Source of the DNA: an uncultured Verrucomicrobiae bacterium
GTDB lineage: Bacteria > Verrucomicrobiota > Verrucomicrobiia > Chthoniobacterales > JAFAMB01
DNA: 64,000 nucleotides
Assembly (NCBI GenBank): GCA_963837955.1
Contig: CAWIPH010000002.1
Location: forward strand, 2,400,001 to 2,464,000
Reading direction: 5' to 3'
Under the pieces are notes generated by a model. It had not been told where the DNA came from, did no database searches, and saw nothing but the letters and a program-made list of their open reading frames with translations. Every line of letters begins with the position of its first letter. Within the stretch, counting starts at the first letter, position 1. This document shows, piece by piece, positions 18,682 to 28,805 of this stretch. The position numbers and the translations under genes are program-made.

Positions 18682-21267
18682 ATGAGGCGGCAATTCAACT
18701 GTTTGCGGACGATCGGACGGAGCCGAATATCGTGTTATGGGGAGAAGAAAAGGGGCAGCGAGGTTGTTTTGCAGTTTTGCTTCGCGCTCTTGCTGGCGGT
18801 CGAGGCGGCCGGACAGAATGCGCCTCCGTCGGCTTCGCCGACACCGGCTCAAGTTTCGAGCCAGGAGTTAAGCCAGATCATCGTTACGGCAGGGATCCCG
18901 ATTGAGGAGACCGTGTTGCCAACGGTTAGCCCAACGGATGCTGTTCTCGGATCGGATACGAACGTTTTAGATACGCCTCGGAACGTGAGCGTGCTGACGA
19001 AAGCGCAAATCGAGGCACGCCAAATTGTCGACGTAACGAATCTGGGGCAGTATGCGTCCGGAACATATACCCCGTCAATCTTTGGCGCTTCAGGGGTACC
19101 TTTCATTCGGAGCCAATACGCCGAGATTTATCAGAACGGGCAGCGATTACAGTTCTATTCGAACAGTATGCCGCCGAGCCTGAACGGGGTAGAATCGATC
19201 GATATCGTGAAAGGTCCTGGGTCTCCGGTGATCGGCATCTCCGATATAGGTGTCGGTGGCTACGTGAATATGGTCACCAAGGAGCCATACTTTGACGGTT
19301 GGCACGGCTCACTGAAGTTTACGCTAGGCGATTTTGTAGAAGGTGGCAATTCGTACATCTATCCGGAATGGCAACTCGATTTTGGTGGTCCCCTGATTGC
19401 GGACAAGCTGGCTATCCGGGTGAGTTACCTAGGCAGAGAAGCCGATAGCTATTACAACAACGTGAAAGATCATACGCAGGATATCTTTGCCTCGATCCGC
19501 TACATGCCGACCAACGCGTTAAGTTTCGACTATATGCTGCAGTTCTATGAGGCCCGCTTTGCCGAGAATAACGGGATCAACCGGGTCACCCAGCAGTTGA
19601 TCGATAGTAATACCTATATTGCGGGTCCATTTACGCCGTTTCCGAACGCAACTGTTCCCTGGCAAGGCTTTGTGACTCCTCTCGGACCAAATGGCACTTA
19701 CGCACCCAGTCAGTTTGTCCACATCCACAACAACAATGTCCTCGTGGCTCCTGGCGATTCTGCTTACGGGAAGCGGTTCCTGACTCAGCTAGTGGCGAAA
19801 GCCCAGGTGTCGAGCGATTTCCAGATTGTCTGGAGAACTTTTTTCGAAGATACGAAGAGCCGTAAACTAGATAACTTCGGATATGATGAGTGGTCGCCGC
19901 TCAATGATGTCGTGGAAACGCGGCTGGAGCTTCACTACGATATGCATCTTTTTGGCGGTAGTTCGACAGTCAGCGCTGGTTACGCGAAAGATGGTAAGAC
20001 TCCGCTCTCGACGACAGTAGACCACCCAGGAATCCTTAACAGCATTATCGCGGGCATAAGCTATCGGCATGAAGAGAACTTGAACTATAACGACTTCTTC
20101 AACGAGCCATTCACCGTCTACGATCTTTCGCAGGGTGCGAACTTCAAGCTATTTCCACGCTCCGTCATCTTTGGAGGTCAGCTAGTGCCCGGCTCTGGCT
20201 CGCCTGGTTATAGCGGTTCCGCCTCTTCATTGACCTACCAGGACGCCTCTGATGACTTCGGTATGTTTTTGCAGGATACTTTGACGTTGACCAAATGGCT
20301 GACCCTTTTCGGCGGGATCCGAGGCGACTTTGTTGAGGCCAAATCACGAACTCCGGCGCTAGGCCCGTTTCTGAATGGGAGCGGGGGCGCCACGCCGGCT
20401 ACTCCATACATTCATCATGGCGCGTTCGATCCGTCTTATTTTGCGAGCGTAGTAGTCAAGCCGCAACCCTGGTTGACTACTTATGTCACGTACGACCGGA
20501 CAACGGCGATACAAGGTGAGCCGAACTGGGGCGGTATCACGCCGAATTTCACCGGAAATTTCTTGGCCAATACCACGGAATTATACGAAGCGGGCGTAAA
20601 GGTGAGCTTATTGCAAAATACGCTCTTTGCCTCTTTGGCCGGTTATTATCAAGACTATACCCAATACGACATCCACGGTAACCCCATGAGAACGCGCGCC
20701 AAGGGGATCGAGCTTGAAGCGACGTACCAACCGAATCGAAACTTTAATGCGAGCGCTAACCTGACGATCTCTCGTACCCAATTCACTAACATCACTCCGG
20801 CCAACACCGTTTTTGTTCAAACGAATAACTACCTCAATGTCTTTGCTCCTGGTTTTGTTGATGTAAACGGCGGGCGCGGTAACGGGGGCACAAATACCTC
20901 GACCGGTTTCAGCCCAAACTATACGGGCGTTTTTCTGAACACTTCGACACCGGACGTGGTCAGCATTCCGAACCTGCTATTCAATGCTTATATCACCTAT
21001 CAATTTGATTGCGGGTTAGGAGCCAGTATCGGTCCGCAAGTCACGGGCGAAATCGCGGAGAACCCGCAAAAGACATTGAAGATACCGGCTCAGGTCACTT
21101 GGAACGCGGCTATCTTCTATAAGCAGAAGAATTGGGAAGTGCAGGTAAATTTCTTCAATTTCACGGATGAACGCAATTGGACTCCGGTAGCGACCTTCGC
21201 TTCAAACGACTCGATCTTTCCGAACGAACCATTTCACATGAATGTGACGGTGAAGGTCAAATTTTGA
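18682..21267 (+). CDS. TonB-dependent outer-membrane receptor
   Basis: TonB-box-like IIVTA, plug motifs DTPRNVSV and VESIDIVKGP, NFTDERNW, C-terminal VKVKF; start uncertain. Confidence 0.9.
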   Translation: MRRQFNCLRTIGRSRISCYGEKKRGSEVVLQFCFALLLAVEAAGQNAPPSASPTPAQVSSQELSQIIVTAGIPIEETVLPTVSPTDAVLGSDTNVLDTPRNVSVLTKAQIEARQIVDVTNLGQYASGTYTPSIFGASGVPFIRSQYAEIYQNGQRLQFYSNSMPPSLNGVESIDIVKGPGSPVIGISDIGVGGYVNMVTKEPYFDGWHGSLKFTLGDFVEGGNSYIYPEWQLDFGGPLIADKLAIRVSYLGREADSYYNNVKDHTQDIFASIRYMPTNALSFDYMLQFYEARFAENNGINRVTQQLIDSNTYIAGPFTPFPNATVPWQGFVTPLGPNGTYAPSQFVHIHNNNVLVAPGDSAYGKRFLTQLVAKAQVSSDFQIVWRTFFEDTKSRKLDNFGYDEWSPLNDVVETRLELHYDMHLFGGSSTVSAGYAKDGKTPLSTTVDHPGILNSIIAGISYRHEENLNYNDFFNEPFTVYDLSQGANFKLFPRSVIFGGQLVPGSGSPGYSGSASSLTYQDASDDFGMFLQDTLTLTKWLTLFGGIRGDFVEAKSRTPALGPFLNGSGGATPATPYIHHGAFDPSYFASVVVKPQPWLTTYVTYDRTTAIQGEPNWGGITPNFTGNFLANTTELYEAGVKVSLLQNTLFASLAGYYQDYTQYDIHGNPMRTRAKGIELEATYQPNRNFNASANLTISRTQFTNITPANTVFVQTNNYLNVFAPGFVDVNGGRGNGGTNTSTGFSPNYTGVFLNTSTPDVVSIPNLLFNAYITYQFDCGLGASIGPQVTGEIAENPQKTLKIPAQVTWNAAIFYKQKNWEVQVNFFNFTDERNWTPVATFASNDSIFPNEPFHMNVTVKVKF

Positions 21268-21347
21268 GGCGGTGGGGGATTGATTTGTGACTTCTGTACA
21301 AAGCCAGCCTCGAAGCCCCACGGCAATTGTCCAGGATGCCCATTATG

Positions 21348-21540
21348 GTAGGGCGAAAACCTCGGCGCGCCGGGGACGTTGCGAGGTTTCGCTGATGGGT
21401 GCGCGCCGGGTTTGAGCCGCGCGCGGGAAAATCTGTGTTGTGTCTTCTCTCCCCGTGTCGATGAGTATTTGAAGGTGTGGGTAAAGGTATGAAACGGCTC
21501 AAGCCGGCGCGGCTGATACCGCACCAGGCTTTCGCCCTAC
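21348..21540. repeat. GTAG-tagged REPIN-like inverted element
   Basis: GTAGGGCGAAAACCT...AGGCTTTCGCCCTAC termini with inner CGCGCCGG.TTGAGCCG / CGGCTCAAGCCGGCGCG pair. Confidence 0.65.
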
Positions 21541-21559
21541 GGTGCTGGGTTGGTGAACA

Positions 21560-23017
21560 ATGGAAGTCAAGTTACATCAGATCACAAAGCGTTTCGACCA
21601 GGTCCTAGCAAATGACCAGATCACTCTAACGATTAACCCGGGTGAAGTTCTGGCCTTGTTGGGCGAAAACGGGGCAGGGAAGAGCACCCTGATGCGCATG
21701 CTTTACGGTCTCTACCAACCTGACGAAGGCAAGATCGAGGTGAACGGCCGCCCAGTTCATTTCAAATCACCGGCGGACGCGCGTGCTGCCGGAATTGGGA
21801 TGGTTTTTCAGGAATTCAATCTGATCCCGGCAATGACGGCGAAGGAAAATCTGGTCCTGGCCGCGGATCGCGGGAATTGGTTTTTGACGCGACGATCAGC
21901 CGAAACCGTGCTTGAGCAATTTTCCGAACTGGCGCCTCACGTGCGAACTGACAAGCCCGTTACAGATTTGGCGGTAGGCGAAAAGCAATTGCTCGAGTTA
22001 GCCAAGGTTTTGAATGCGAATGCACAACTGATCATCTTGGACGAGCCGACTTCCGTGCTGACCCCGATCGAAGCGGAAAGATTGTATCAGAGGATTCGCG
22101 CACTAGCGGAGCAGGGGCGCAGCGTGATCATGATCTCGCACAAGCTAGACGATGTCTTTGCCTGCGCGACTCGCGTTGCCATTCTGCGTCGCGGCCGGCT
22201 TGTTCATGTGGGAAAGGTATCGGCCAGCTCGCGCCAGGATCTCATCCAACATTTCATTGGTAAGGAGATGCCGGCAGAATCCAGACTGCGGGAGCCGCGC
22301 TCGGAAGTAGCAACTCAACTCGAGGTCGTTGGGCTATCGGGTGAGCGCGCTCACACGAAGATATCTAATGTGACATTCTCGGTTGCCAAAGGAGAGATTT
22401 TGGGCGTGGCCGGCGTGTCCGGGAATGGCCAGCAACTGTTGGCTGAGCTTATTTGTGGAATCGAGAAACCGGTGGCCGGCCGAATCTCAATAGCTGGAAA
22501 GAAGATCGACCGCGGACACTTGGAAAGCATTGGCTACATCCCGGAATTCCCAACCCTGAATGCCGTGGCCCAGGGCCTTGATCTAAGAACTAACTTGGAA
22601 GTGAAAAGGCTGCGGAAACTACCTCTGGTCAATCCGCTGCCTTGGTCTGATCGGGCTCGAGCCGCTATTGAACAATTCAACGTTTATCCGCCTAATCCGC
22701 GCCTGGAGGCGCGGATGCTCTCTGGGGGAAATTTGCAAAAGCTGGTCTTAGCGCGGGAACTTGGTGGGCAACGAGATCTGATTGTTGCCTGCTATCCCAC
22801 GATGGGCCTGGACCTGGTGGCCAGCCAGGAAATCCGAGCAAAATTAATCGACCAGGCCCGCATCGGTGCGGCGATCGTGTGGATTTCCGAGGATCTAGAT
22901 GAATTGTTGGAATGCAGCCATAATCTGGCTGTGCTCTTTCAGGGTAGAATCGCCGGAGTGGTCCGAACAGGGGAGGCCGATCGAGCGCAGATCGGGAGCT
23001 GGATGGCCGGCCTATGA
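21560..23017 (+). CDS. ABC transporter ATPase, duplicated (nucleoside/sugar CUT2 type)
   Basis: GENGAGKST, DEPTSVLT, GVAGVSGNGQ and LSGGNLQK motifs. Confidence 0.92.
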   Translation: MEVKLHQITKRFDQVLANDQITLTINPGEVLALLGENGAGKSTLMRMLYGLYQPDEGKIEVNGRPVHFKSPADARAAGIGMVFQEFNLIPAMTAKENLVLAADRGNWFLTRRSAETVLEQFSELAPHVRTDKPVTDLAVGEKQLLELAKVLNANAQLIILDEPTSVLTPIEAERLYQRIRALAEQGRSVIMISHKLDDVFACATRVAILRRGRLVHVGKVSASSRQDLIQHFIGKEMPAESRLREPRSEVATQLEVVGLSGERAHTKISNVTFSVAKGEILGVAGVSGNGQQLLAELICGIEKPVAGRISIAGKKIDRGHLESIGYIPEFPTLNAVAQGLDLRTNLEVKRLRKLPLVNPLPWSDRARAAIEQFNVYPPNPRLEARMLSGGNLQKLVLARELGGQRDLIVACYPTMGLDLVASQEIRAKLIDQARIGAAIVWISEDLDELLECSHNLAVLFQGRIAGVVRTGEADRAQIGSWMAGL

Positions 23018-24090
23018 TGAAGTTATCAGCGGTGCTGGTTTCTTTCCGCACTTGGATTCTCGCGATCGTGAGTTTTGCCGGTCTTTGCTTGTTGTTCTTT
23101 TGGCCAGCTGGGTTGCCGCCCATGCAACTCTTTACCCTGATTTGGCAAGGCTCATTCGGCGACCCTTACGCCGTCTCGGAGACGCTGGTAAAGGCGACGC
23201 CGATACTCTGGTGCGCCATGGCGATAGCGATTCCAGCTCAATTGGGCCTTATTTCGATTGGAGCGGAAGGCCAAATGTACATGGGCGCAATTTTCGGCGC
23301 GGCTTGGATTTTCTTGACCATGTCGGCGCCTCCTTTCGTCATTATTCCCGGGATGTTGTTTTTCGGTGCAGCCGGAGGTTTTGCTTGGGGAATGATTCCG
23401 GGATTCCTGAAAGCGAAAGTGAATATCAATGAAACTTTGGTTTCGCTCTTACTCAACTTCGTGGCCGTGGATCTGCTTGATTATCTTATCCACGGCCCCT
23501 GGAAAGCTCCTGAGGCCACCAACTGGCCGCAAACCGTGGCATTTCCTGATGCCACCGTTCTTCCCGCGATCGAGCCCGGATACCGTACGCATGTCGGTCT
23601 AATCGCTGCCATCCTCGCGTCGCTCCTCTTGCATTTTCTCTTTTCCAAAACGCGTTGGGGACTGATTACTCGCGTCCTCAACAATAACCCACGGCTCGCA
23701 CCCCAGTGCGGGGTCAACCTTAGTCTGTACATCATGGTCTTAATGGGAGCCGGGGGGCTGGTAGCAGGCCTCGGTGGAATAGGTGAAGCCGCAGCGATCC
23801 AGAACCGGCTTGAGTCCCATTTTCTTCCGGGCTTCGGCCTCAGTGGTTACTTGGTTTCCTGGCTCGCCCGGCACGATTTTCGTTGGCTGCTGCCACTGTC
23901 TGTAATGATGGGAGCAATTCTGGCTTCCGCCGACGCGTTACAATTATCTGCACACCTGCCCTCCTCGTCCGCGTTAATTTTGCAAGGGTTCTTATTCGGC
24001 GTGCTTGTTGCTGTTGGAAGATTAAGAAAAAGGGACAAGCGTGAATCCCCTGGAATCGTCAATAAGTCTGCTGATCTCCGCCCTGCGTAG
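23014..24090 (+). CDS. ABC transporter permease (nucleoside/purine type)
   Basis: ETLVKATP, IGAEGQ and NETLVSLLLN motifs; multi-TM. Confidence 0.88.
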   Translation: MMKLSAVLVSFRTWILAIVSFAGLCLLFFWPAGLPPMQLFTLIWQGSFGDPYAVSETLVKATPILWCAMAIAIPAQLGLISIGAEGQMYMGAIFGAAWIFLTMSAPPFVIIPGMLFFGAAGGFAWGMIPGFLKAKVNINETLVSLLLNFVAVDLLDYLIHGPWKAPEATNWPQTVAFPDATVLPAIEPGYRTHVGLIAAILASLLLHFLFSKTRWGLITRVLNNNPRLAPQCGVNLSLYIMVLMGAGGLVAGLGGIGEAAAIQNRLESHFLPGFGLSGYLVSWLARHDFRWLLPLSVMMGAILASADALQLSAHLPSSSALILQGFLFGVLVAVGRLRKRDKRESPGIVNKSADLRPA

Positions 24091-24964
24091 CTCAACGCCG
24101 ATGAGCTTTGTGTTGGCGGGAGAAATTACCGGTCAACGTGCCGGCGTATTGAACATCGGTGTTGAAGGGCAAATGCTGGTCGGCGCCGCGGGGGGATTTG
24201 CGGTTGCTTCGACGACCGGAAATGCCTGGTGCGGACTTTTGGGTGGGGCACTTGCCGGTCTGCTTTTGTCGGCGATTTTTGCTCTACTCTGTCTGATTTG
24301 CAAAGCGAACCAAATCACCGCCGGTGTCGCCATTTTGCTTTTGGGCAGCGGCCTAAGCGCTTATTTCGGGATCCCTTATGTTGGTCGCCAAATTTCGGGA
24401 TTCTCTCCATTTTCAATCGCAGGAGTGCCAGACTGGATGGAGGCGATTTTGCATCAGATCACACCCACGATGCTGTTAGCGCTGGTGGTTCCGCTCATCT
24501 TAGGCGGCTTTCTTTTCCGAACGCGAACGGGTCTCCGTTGGCGCGCCGTTGGCGAATCGACGAAGGTAGCTTGGGGATTTGGGTTTCATCCTGTCCGATA
24601 CCGCTTCGCGGCAATTCTCTTGGGCGGATTCCTGTCGGGATTCGGTGGAGCAGCTCTCTCCGTGGATTATACGAAAGGTTGGTCGGAAGGTATGACGGCA
24701 GGGCGAGGATTAGTGGCGATTGGATTGGTAGTTATAGCTCGATGGAACCCGCTCTGGACAACGCCGGTCGCCATGATTTTCGGCTTCTCGGAAAGTCTTT
24801 CGCTAATCATTCAAGCGATGGGTCTAGGAATTTCTTCTTATCTCTTGGCCACATTGCCATACCTGGTTCCAATCTTGCTTCTCGTTCTGGATGCCAAGTT
24901 CGCCGGCGCGCTAAACCGAGTGCCGGCGAGTTTAGGCGACGTTTTTGTATCGGGCAGATCTTAA
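24041..24964 (+). CDS. ABC transporter permease (nucleoside/purine type)
   Basis: RAGVLNIGVEG, RAVGE, MTAGRG and LPY motifs. Confidence 0.88.
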   Translation: MNPLESSISLLISALRSSTPMSFVLAGEITGQRAGVLNIGVEGQMLVGAAGGFAVASTTGNAWCGLLGGALAGLLLSAIFALLCLICKANQITAGVAILLLGSGLSAYFGIPYVGRQISGFSPFSIAGVPDWMEAILHQITPTMLLALVVPLILGGFLFRTRTGLRWRAVGESTKVAWGFGFHPVRYRFAAILLGGFLSGFGGAALSVDYTKGWSEGMTAGRGLVAIGLVVIARWNPLWTTPVAMIFGFSESLSLIIQAMGLGISSYLLATLPYLVPILLLVLDAKFAGALNRVPASLGDVFVSGRS

Positions 24965-25113
24965 AATGGCGGGAACAGTTCTTTGCCCAACAGGTGTTAC
25001 GGTCCTTAACCCGCGTTTTAGCTTAGGGTCTGCATGTAGTAGGAGGATTAGCCCGGCAAGGGCGAAAACCGGTATGTGCCGAGAAGAGGCCGTATGGGAA
25101 ACGTTATCATATC

Positions 25114-26343
25114 ATGTTACTATATTCTTTTGATCCACATTCTGATGCCCTTTCCTCCTTCGCTAAAGCTACAGTCGACCAGTCGGGTTGCACCACTTGG
25201 GGTTTCCCAAACCCGGGGTTCGCATCCCGGCCTGGGCCCGATAGCCCTTTCGGGGCTAATGCGAAACGTACGATATTCTCATTCCTGACTCGCGGCTTTT
25301 GGATTTTCGCTCTCGCGGTGGCCTTGTCGCAACCCGCTCTCGCTAAAACCAAGGTCGGATTCATCTATGCAGGACCTAAGAACGACGCCGGATGGTATTC
25401 GGCCCAGGACGACGGACGCGTCTACCTCGAACAGAACATGCCGGAGGTCGAGACAATCGTGGCAGAAAACGTCCCGGAAACGGCGGATGCGGAGCGCGTC
25501 ATGGAACGAATGGCCCGAGCGGGAGCAAAAATCATTTTCGCCGCGAGCTACGGTTATTTCGACAAAGCGGTTCGTGTTGCTAAGCGATTCCCGGACGTGA
25601 TTTTCATGCACAGTGGAGACGGCCAGATCGCGACGCGCGTCGGAAACTATTTCGGTTCAACCGAGGAGCCGATGTACCTGGCTGGCATCGCCGCCGGCTA
25701 CGCCACAAAGTCGGGCAAGCTTGGCTATATCGATGCGCATCCGATTCCGTTCCAAGTGCGAGGAATTAATGCCTTTACGCTCGGGGCGCGCTCTGTGAAT
25801 CCCAAAGTCACGGTGCAAGTGATTTTCTTGAACACCTGGAAGGATCCCATCAAGGAAGCTGAAGCGGCCAATTCCTTGATCGATCAAGGGGTAGACGTGC
25901 TCGCTCAAGAGGTCGACTCAAACCTGACCATCGCTCAGGTAGCCGAAAAACGGGGCGTTTCTTTCGTGGGCCAGTACTACGACGCTTCCCAGTTTGCACC
26001 CCATGCGTGGCTGGTTGGCAATTACTATCACTGGGGTCCGATGATGGTTCATATTATCAAAGAGGTACAAGCCGGGACATGGAAGGAAAAGGCTTACTTG
26101 GCGACGCTCGCCAGTGGAGCTTTACAGATGACCGGGTATGGCAGCGTTGTGCCGGCGGATGCGAAACCAAAACTGGACACTGTGACCAAAGAATTCCAGA
26201 CGGGTCAACGCAAGCTTTGGAGCGGACCGATTCTGCGGCAGGACGGCACGCCGGTCATTGAGGCGGGCCAAGTGCTGGATCCGCAAAAAGTCACAGAGAT
26301 GAATTTTTTCGTCCAAGGCGTCATTGGAGTATCGGGACAATAG
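25114..26343 (+). CDS. BMP-family ABC substrate-binding protein (purine/nucleoside); true start probably near 25259
   Basis: KVGFIYAGP, YLAGIAAG, INAFTLGA and W.DP.KE motifs; signal peptide ending ALA; the upstream part of the ORF runs through a palindromic element. Confidence 0.88.
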   Translation: MLLYSFDPHSDALSSFAKATVDQSGCTTWGFPNPGFASRPGPDSPFGANAKRTIFSFLTRGFWIFALAVALSQPALAKTKVGFIYAGPKNDAGWYSAQDDGRVYLEQNMPEVETIVAENVPETADAERVMERMARAGAKIIFAASYGYFDKAVRVAKRFPDVIFMHSGDGQIATRVGNYFGSTEEPMYLAGIAAGYATKSGKLGYIDAHPIPFQVRGINAFTLGARSVNPKVTVQVIFLNTWKDPIKEAEAANSLIDQGVDVLAQEVDSNLTIAQVAEKRGVSFVGQYYDASQFAPHAWLVGNYYHWGPMMVHIIKEVQAGTWKEKAYLATLASGALQMTGYGSVVPADAKPKLDTVTKEFQTGQRKLWSGPILRQDGTPVIEAGQVLDPQKVTEMNFFVQGVIGVSGQ

Positions 26344-26385
26344 GTAGCAAAGTAGCGTAGCCTGATGCTTCGCAGCTGAGATCCA

Positions 26386-27678
26386 TCACCCGTGGTGGTG
26401 ATTATCTTCGGTAGAGATACCTGTTTCTCGGGGGTGCCGGTATTGGACAAAATCTTTGGAAAAGAACAGGTCAAGCGTCCAATCGAGCACGACCCGTAGT
26501 TTTTTCTCCATGCGCGGCAGTTTGCTCAAATAAATCGTCCTCCAGAGCCACCAGGCGACAAATCCGGAAAAGTTGACGCCAAGAATTCGGGCGACGCCGG
26601 TGCGCTGACCGATCGAAGCGAGGAGACCGAGTGTTTTAAAACGAAAAGGCTTGAGTGGTTGCCGACGCACAGCTGCGACAATGTTTTGAGCGAGAATTTT
26701 GCCTTCGCGCGAAGCGTGTTGCGCAGTAGGCGGGTAACATCCGCCAGCCGGATCCGGTATCAACGCGCAGTCGCCGAGCGCCCACACACCCTGGAATCCC
26801 TCGACTTCCATGTTAGCGTTTACTTTAATCCGTCCTCGCTCTTTTGGAACGTCGACATGAGCTAACAGAGGATGCGGTGAAGTGCCGGCCGTCCAAACGA
26901 GAGTGAAAGTCTTAATGGACGCTCCGTCGCTCAGTTGAACTTCTCCTGGTGCGACGGCGGTCACCTTAGTATTAGCGTAAAGCTGGACGCCTCGCTCGAC
27001 TAACTTTCGCGAGGCATAACGGCCAAGAGGTTCGCCCAGCTCGGGTAGAATAAAATCTCCCGAGTGAACTAACACAACCCGGATCTGGTCCCGCGCCAAC
27101 ATTGGGTAGTACGGAAGCGCATCGTGCAGGAAATCTAGAACGCTCCCCACTGTCTCGACACCAGCAAAGCCGCCTCCGGCCACAACAAATGTCAGAAGAG
27201 GCCCTCTTTGATGACTGGCGCACTCTGTGCCCGCCTCCTCTAGGTGCGCAATCAGTGTGTTCCGAAGATCGATAGCGTCACCGAGCGATTTCATAGTGAA
27301 CGCACCCTCAGCGAGGCCGGGGATTTTGTAGAAATTAGTCACTGATCCCAATCCCAAGACGAGGTGATCGAACTCCAAAACATGCTCGTGCCGATCGAAG
27401 CCGTGCGTGACCGTTACGGTATGCTCACCTAAATTGATACGCTGGGCCTCGCCGTTGATGAAGTTCACGTGTCGTAACATCTTGCGCACCGGGTTAACAA
27501 TATGGGTGAGATCCAGATCACTCGCCGCGACCTCGTGAAGCATCGGAGTGAACAGAAAAAAATTCTCCTGGTTGATCATGGTTACCTCGAAATCGGGATC
27601 GCGCCGTCTTTCAAATTCGAGGGCGCTATAAACACCGCCGAAGCCGGCTCCCAGGATAAGAACACGAGTCTTTTGCAT
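26386..27678 (-). CDS. Type II NADH dehydrogenase-like FAD/NAD(P) oxidoreductase
   Basis: GAGFGG, FTPMLHEVA, GGGFAGVE, WALGDCA and PPTAQHA motifs. Confidence 0.88.
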   Translation of the reverse strand: MQKTRVLILGAGFGGVYSALEFERRRDPDFEVTMINQENFFLFTPMLHEVAASDLDLTHIVNPVRKMLRHVNFINGEAQRINLGEHTVTVTHGFDRHEHVLEFDHLVLGLGSVTNFYKIPGLAEGAFTMKSLGDAIDLRNTLIAHLEEAGTECASHQRGPLLTFVVAGGGFAGVETVGSVLDFLHDALPYYPMLARDQIRVVLVHSGDFILPELGEPLGRYASRKLVERGVQLYANTKVTAVAPGEVQLSDGASIKTFTLVWTAGTSPHPLLAHVDVPKERGRIKVNANMEVEGFQGVWALGDCALIPDPAGGCYPPTAQHASREGKILAQNIVAAVRRQPLKPFRFKTLGLLASIGQRTGVARILGVNFSGFVAWWLWRTIYLSKLPRMEKKLRVVLDWTLDLFFSKDFVQYRHPRETGISTEDNHHHG

Positions 27679-27769
27679 TTTTCTTGAATGAGATTTCCGA
27701 TTCCGGAAAACTCGCAGGTGAGAACAGAGAGATCTCGAGGCGGGTTCTTATTCCCTAGGTTGTACCGCT

Positions 27770-28051
27770 GCGGACAAGTCCGATTTCGCCAAACCTAAGT
27801 CATGGTTCGAACATCGGAGGAGGCTTCCGCCGCCGCCAAACTTGTTAGCATATTGGCTTTGAGGGGATGGGCTATGGCGGACAAGTCCGATTTCGCCAAA
27901 CCTAAGTCATGGTTCGAACATCGGAGGAGGCTTCCGCCGCCGCCAAACTTGTTAGCATATTGGCTTTGAGGGGATGGGCTATGGCGGACAAGTCCGACTT
28001 CGCCAACCGTAAGTCATGGCTCGAACATCGGAGGAGGCTTCGTCGGACACG
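27770..28051. repeat. 107-bp tandem repeat (about 2.6 copies) built from two nested hairpin elements
   Basis: GCGGACAAGTCCGA recurs at 27770, 27877 and 27984. Confidence 0.9.
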
Positions 28052-28084
28052 TCGTCAGGACACGCCGGCGGGACAAGTCGGCGC

Positions 28085-28645
28085 TCAGGCCGTGTCCACT
28101 GGAGGAGCCAGCCCACCGAGACCATCGATCGAGGTCACATTCTTTTCGCGTTGATACACAACCAGTTTTTTCGGGCCTTTGTGCTCCGCCCAATCCGTGA
28201 GCTGGTTTCGATCTCCACGAAATTCGTAAAGGGGCACTCCAAAACCGCACGAATCGGAAATACGAGTCAAGTGCACGCGAATAAATGAACGAAGTCCTGG
28301 TGTACTGCCAAAACGCGCCTGCAGCGTGGCGAAATCTGGGTGGTGCGACTCGATGACTTCGCCCTGGCCATGCAGCCGGACAATATTTGGCGCACCGGCA
28401 AAGGCACAGAACATCAAAACGATGCGCCCATTTTCCTTGATATGCGCGATCGTTTCGACACCGCTACCGGTCAAGTCTAGATAAACGACGGTTCGTTCGC
28501 CAAGAATGCGGAATGAGCGGCCATCCTTTGGCGAGCAATTGACGTGGCCTTCCCGTGACAACGGCGCCGTAGCCACGAAGAATATCTTTTGTGCAGAAAG
28601 CCAAGCGGACAGCTTTTCGTCAATCGCATCGTAAACTTTGCCCAC
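28085..28645 (-). CDS. Pyridoxamine 5'-phosphate oxidase-like FMN-binding protein
   Basis: FFVATAP, NCSPK, YLDLTGSGVETIAH and SCGFGVP motifs. Confidence 0.85.
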   Translation of the reverse strand: MGKVYDAIDEKLSAWLSAQKIFFVATAPLSREGHVNCSPKDGRSFRILGERTVVYLDLTGSGVETIAHIKENGRIVLMFCAFAGAPNIVRLHGQGEVIESHHPDFATLQARFGSTPGLRSFIRVHLTRISDSCGFGVPLYEFRGDRNQLTDWAEHKGPKKLVVYQREKNVTSIDGLGGLAPPVDTA

Positions 28646-28805
28646 GGCAGAACGGTGAATCAATATTCAAAGAACGCAAAAGCTTTGCGGTATTTCCAAC
28701 CACGAATGCAGGCGAATAGACACGAATGGGTCTCGTTTGTGGCCCTATAAGCCAAAGCCTTTCCGTTCAGCGACATTCACCTCTCATCAATCATCTTGGT
28801 TGGAG

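Noticed and set aside
24229..25026. 265-aa alternative-frame ORF and the many antisense ORFs (e.g. 9964-10707, 5176-5766)
   Set aside because: Shadow ORFs over well-supported genes with no recognisable motifs
27770..28051. Possible CRISPR array
   Set aside because: The would-be spacers are identical between units, the period is 107 bp, and no cas genes are present
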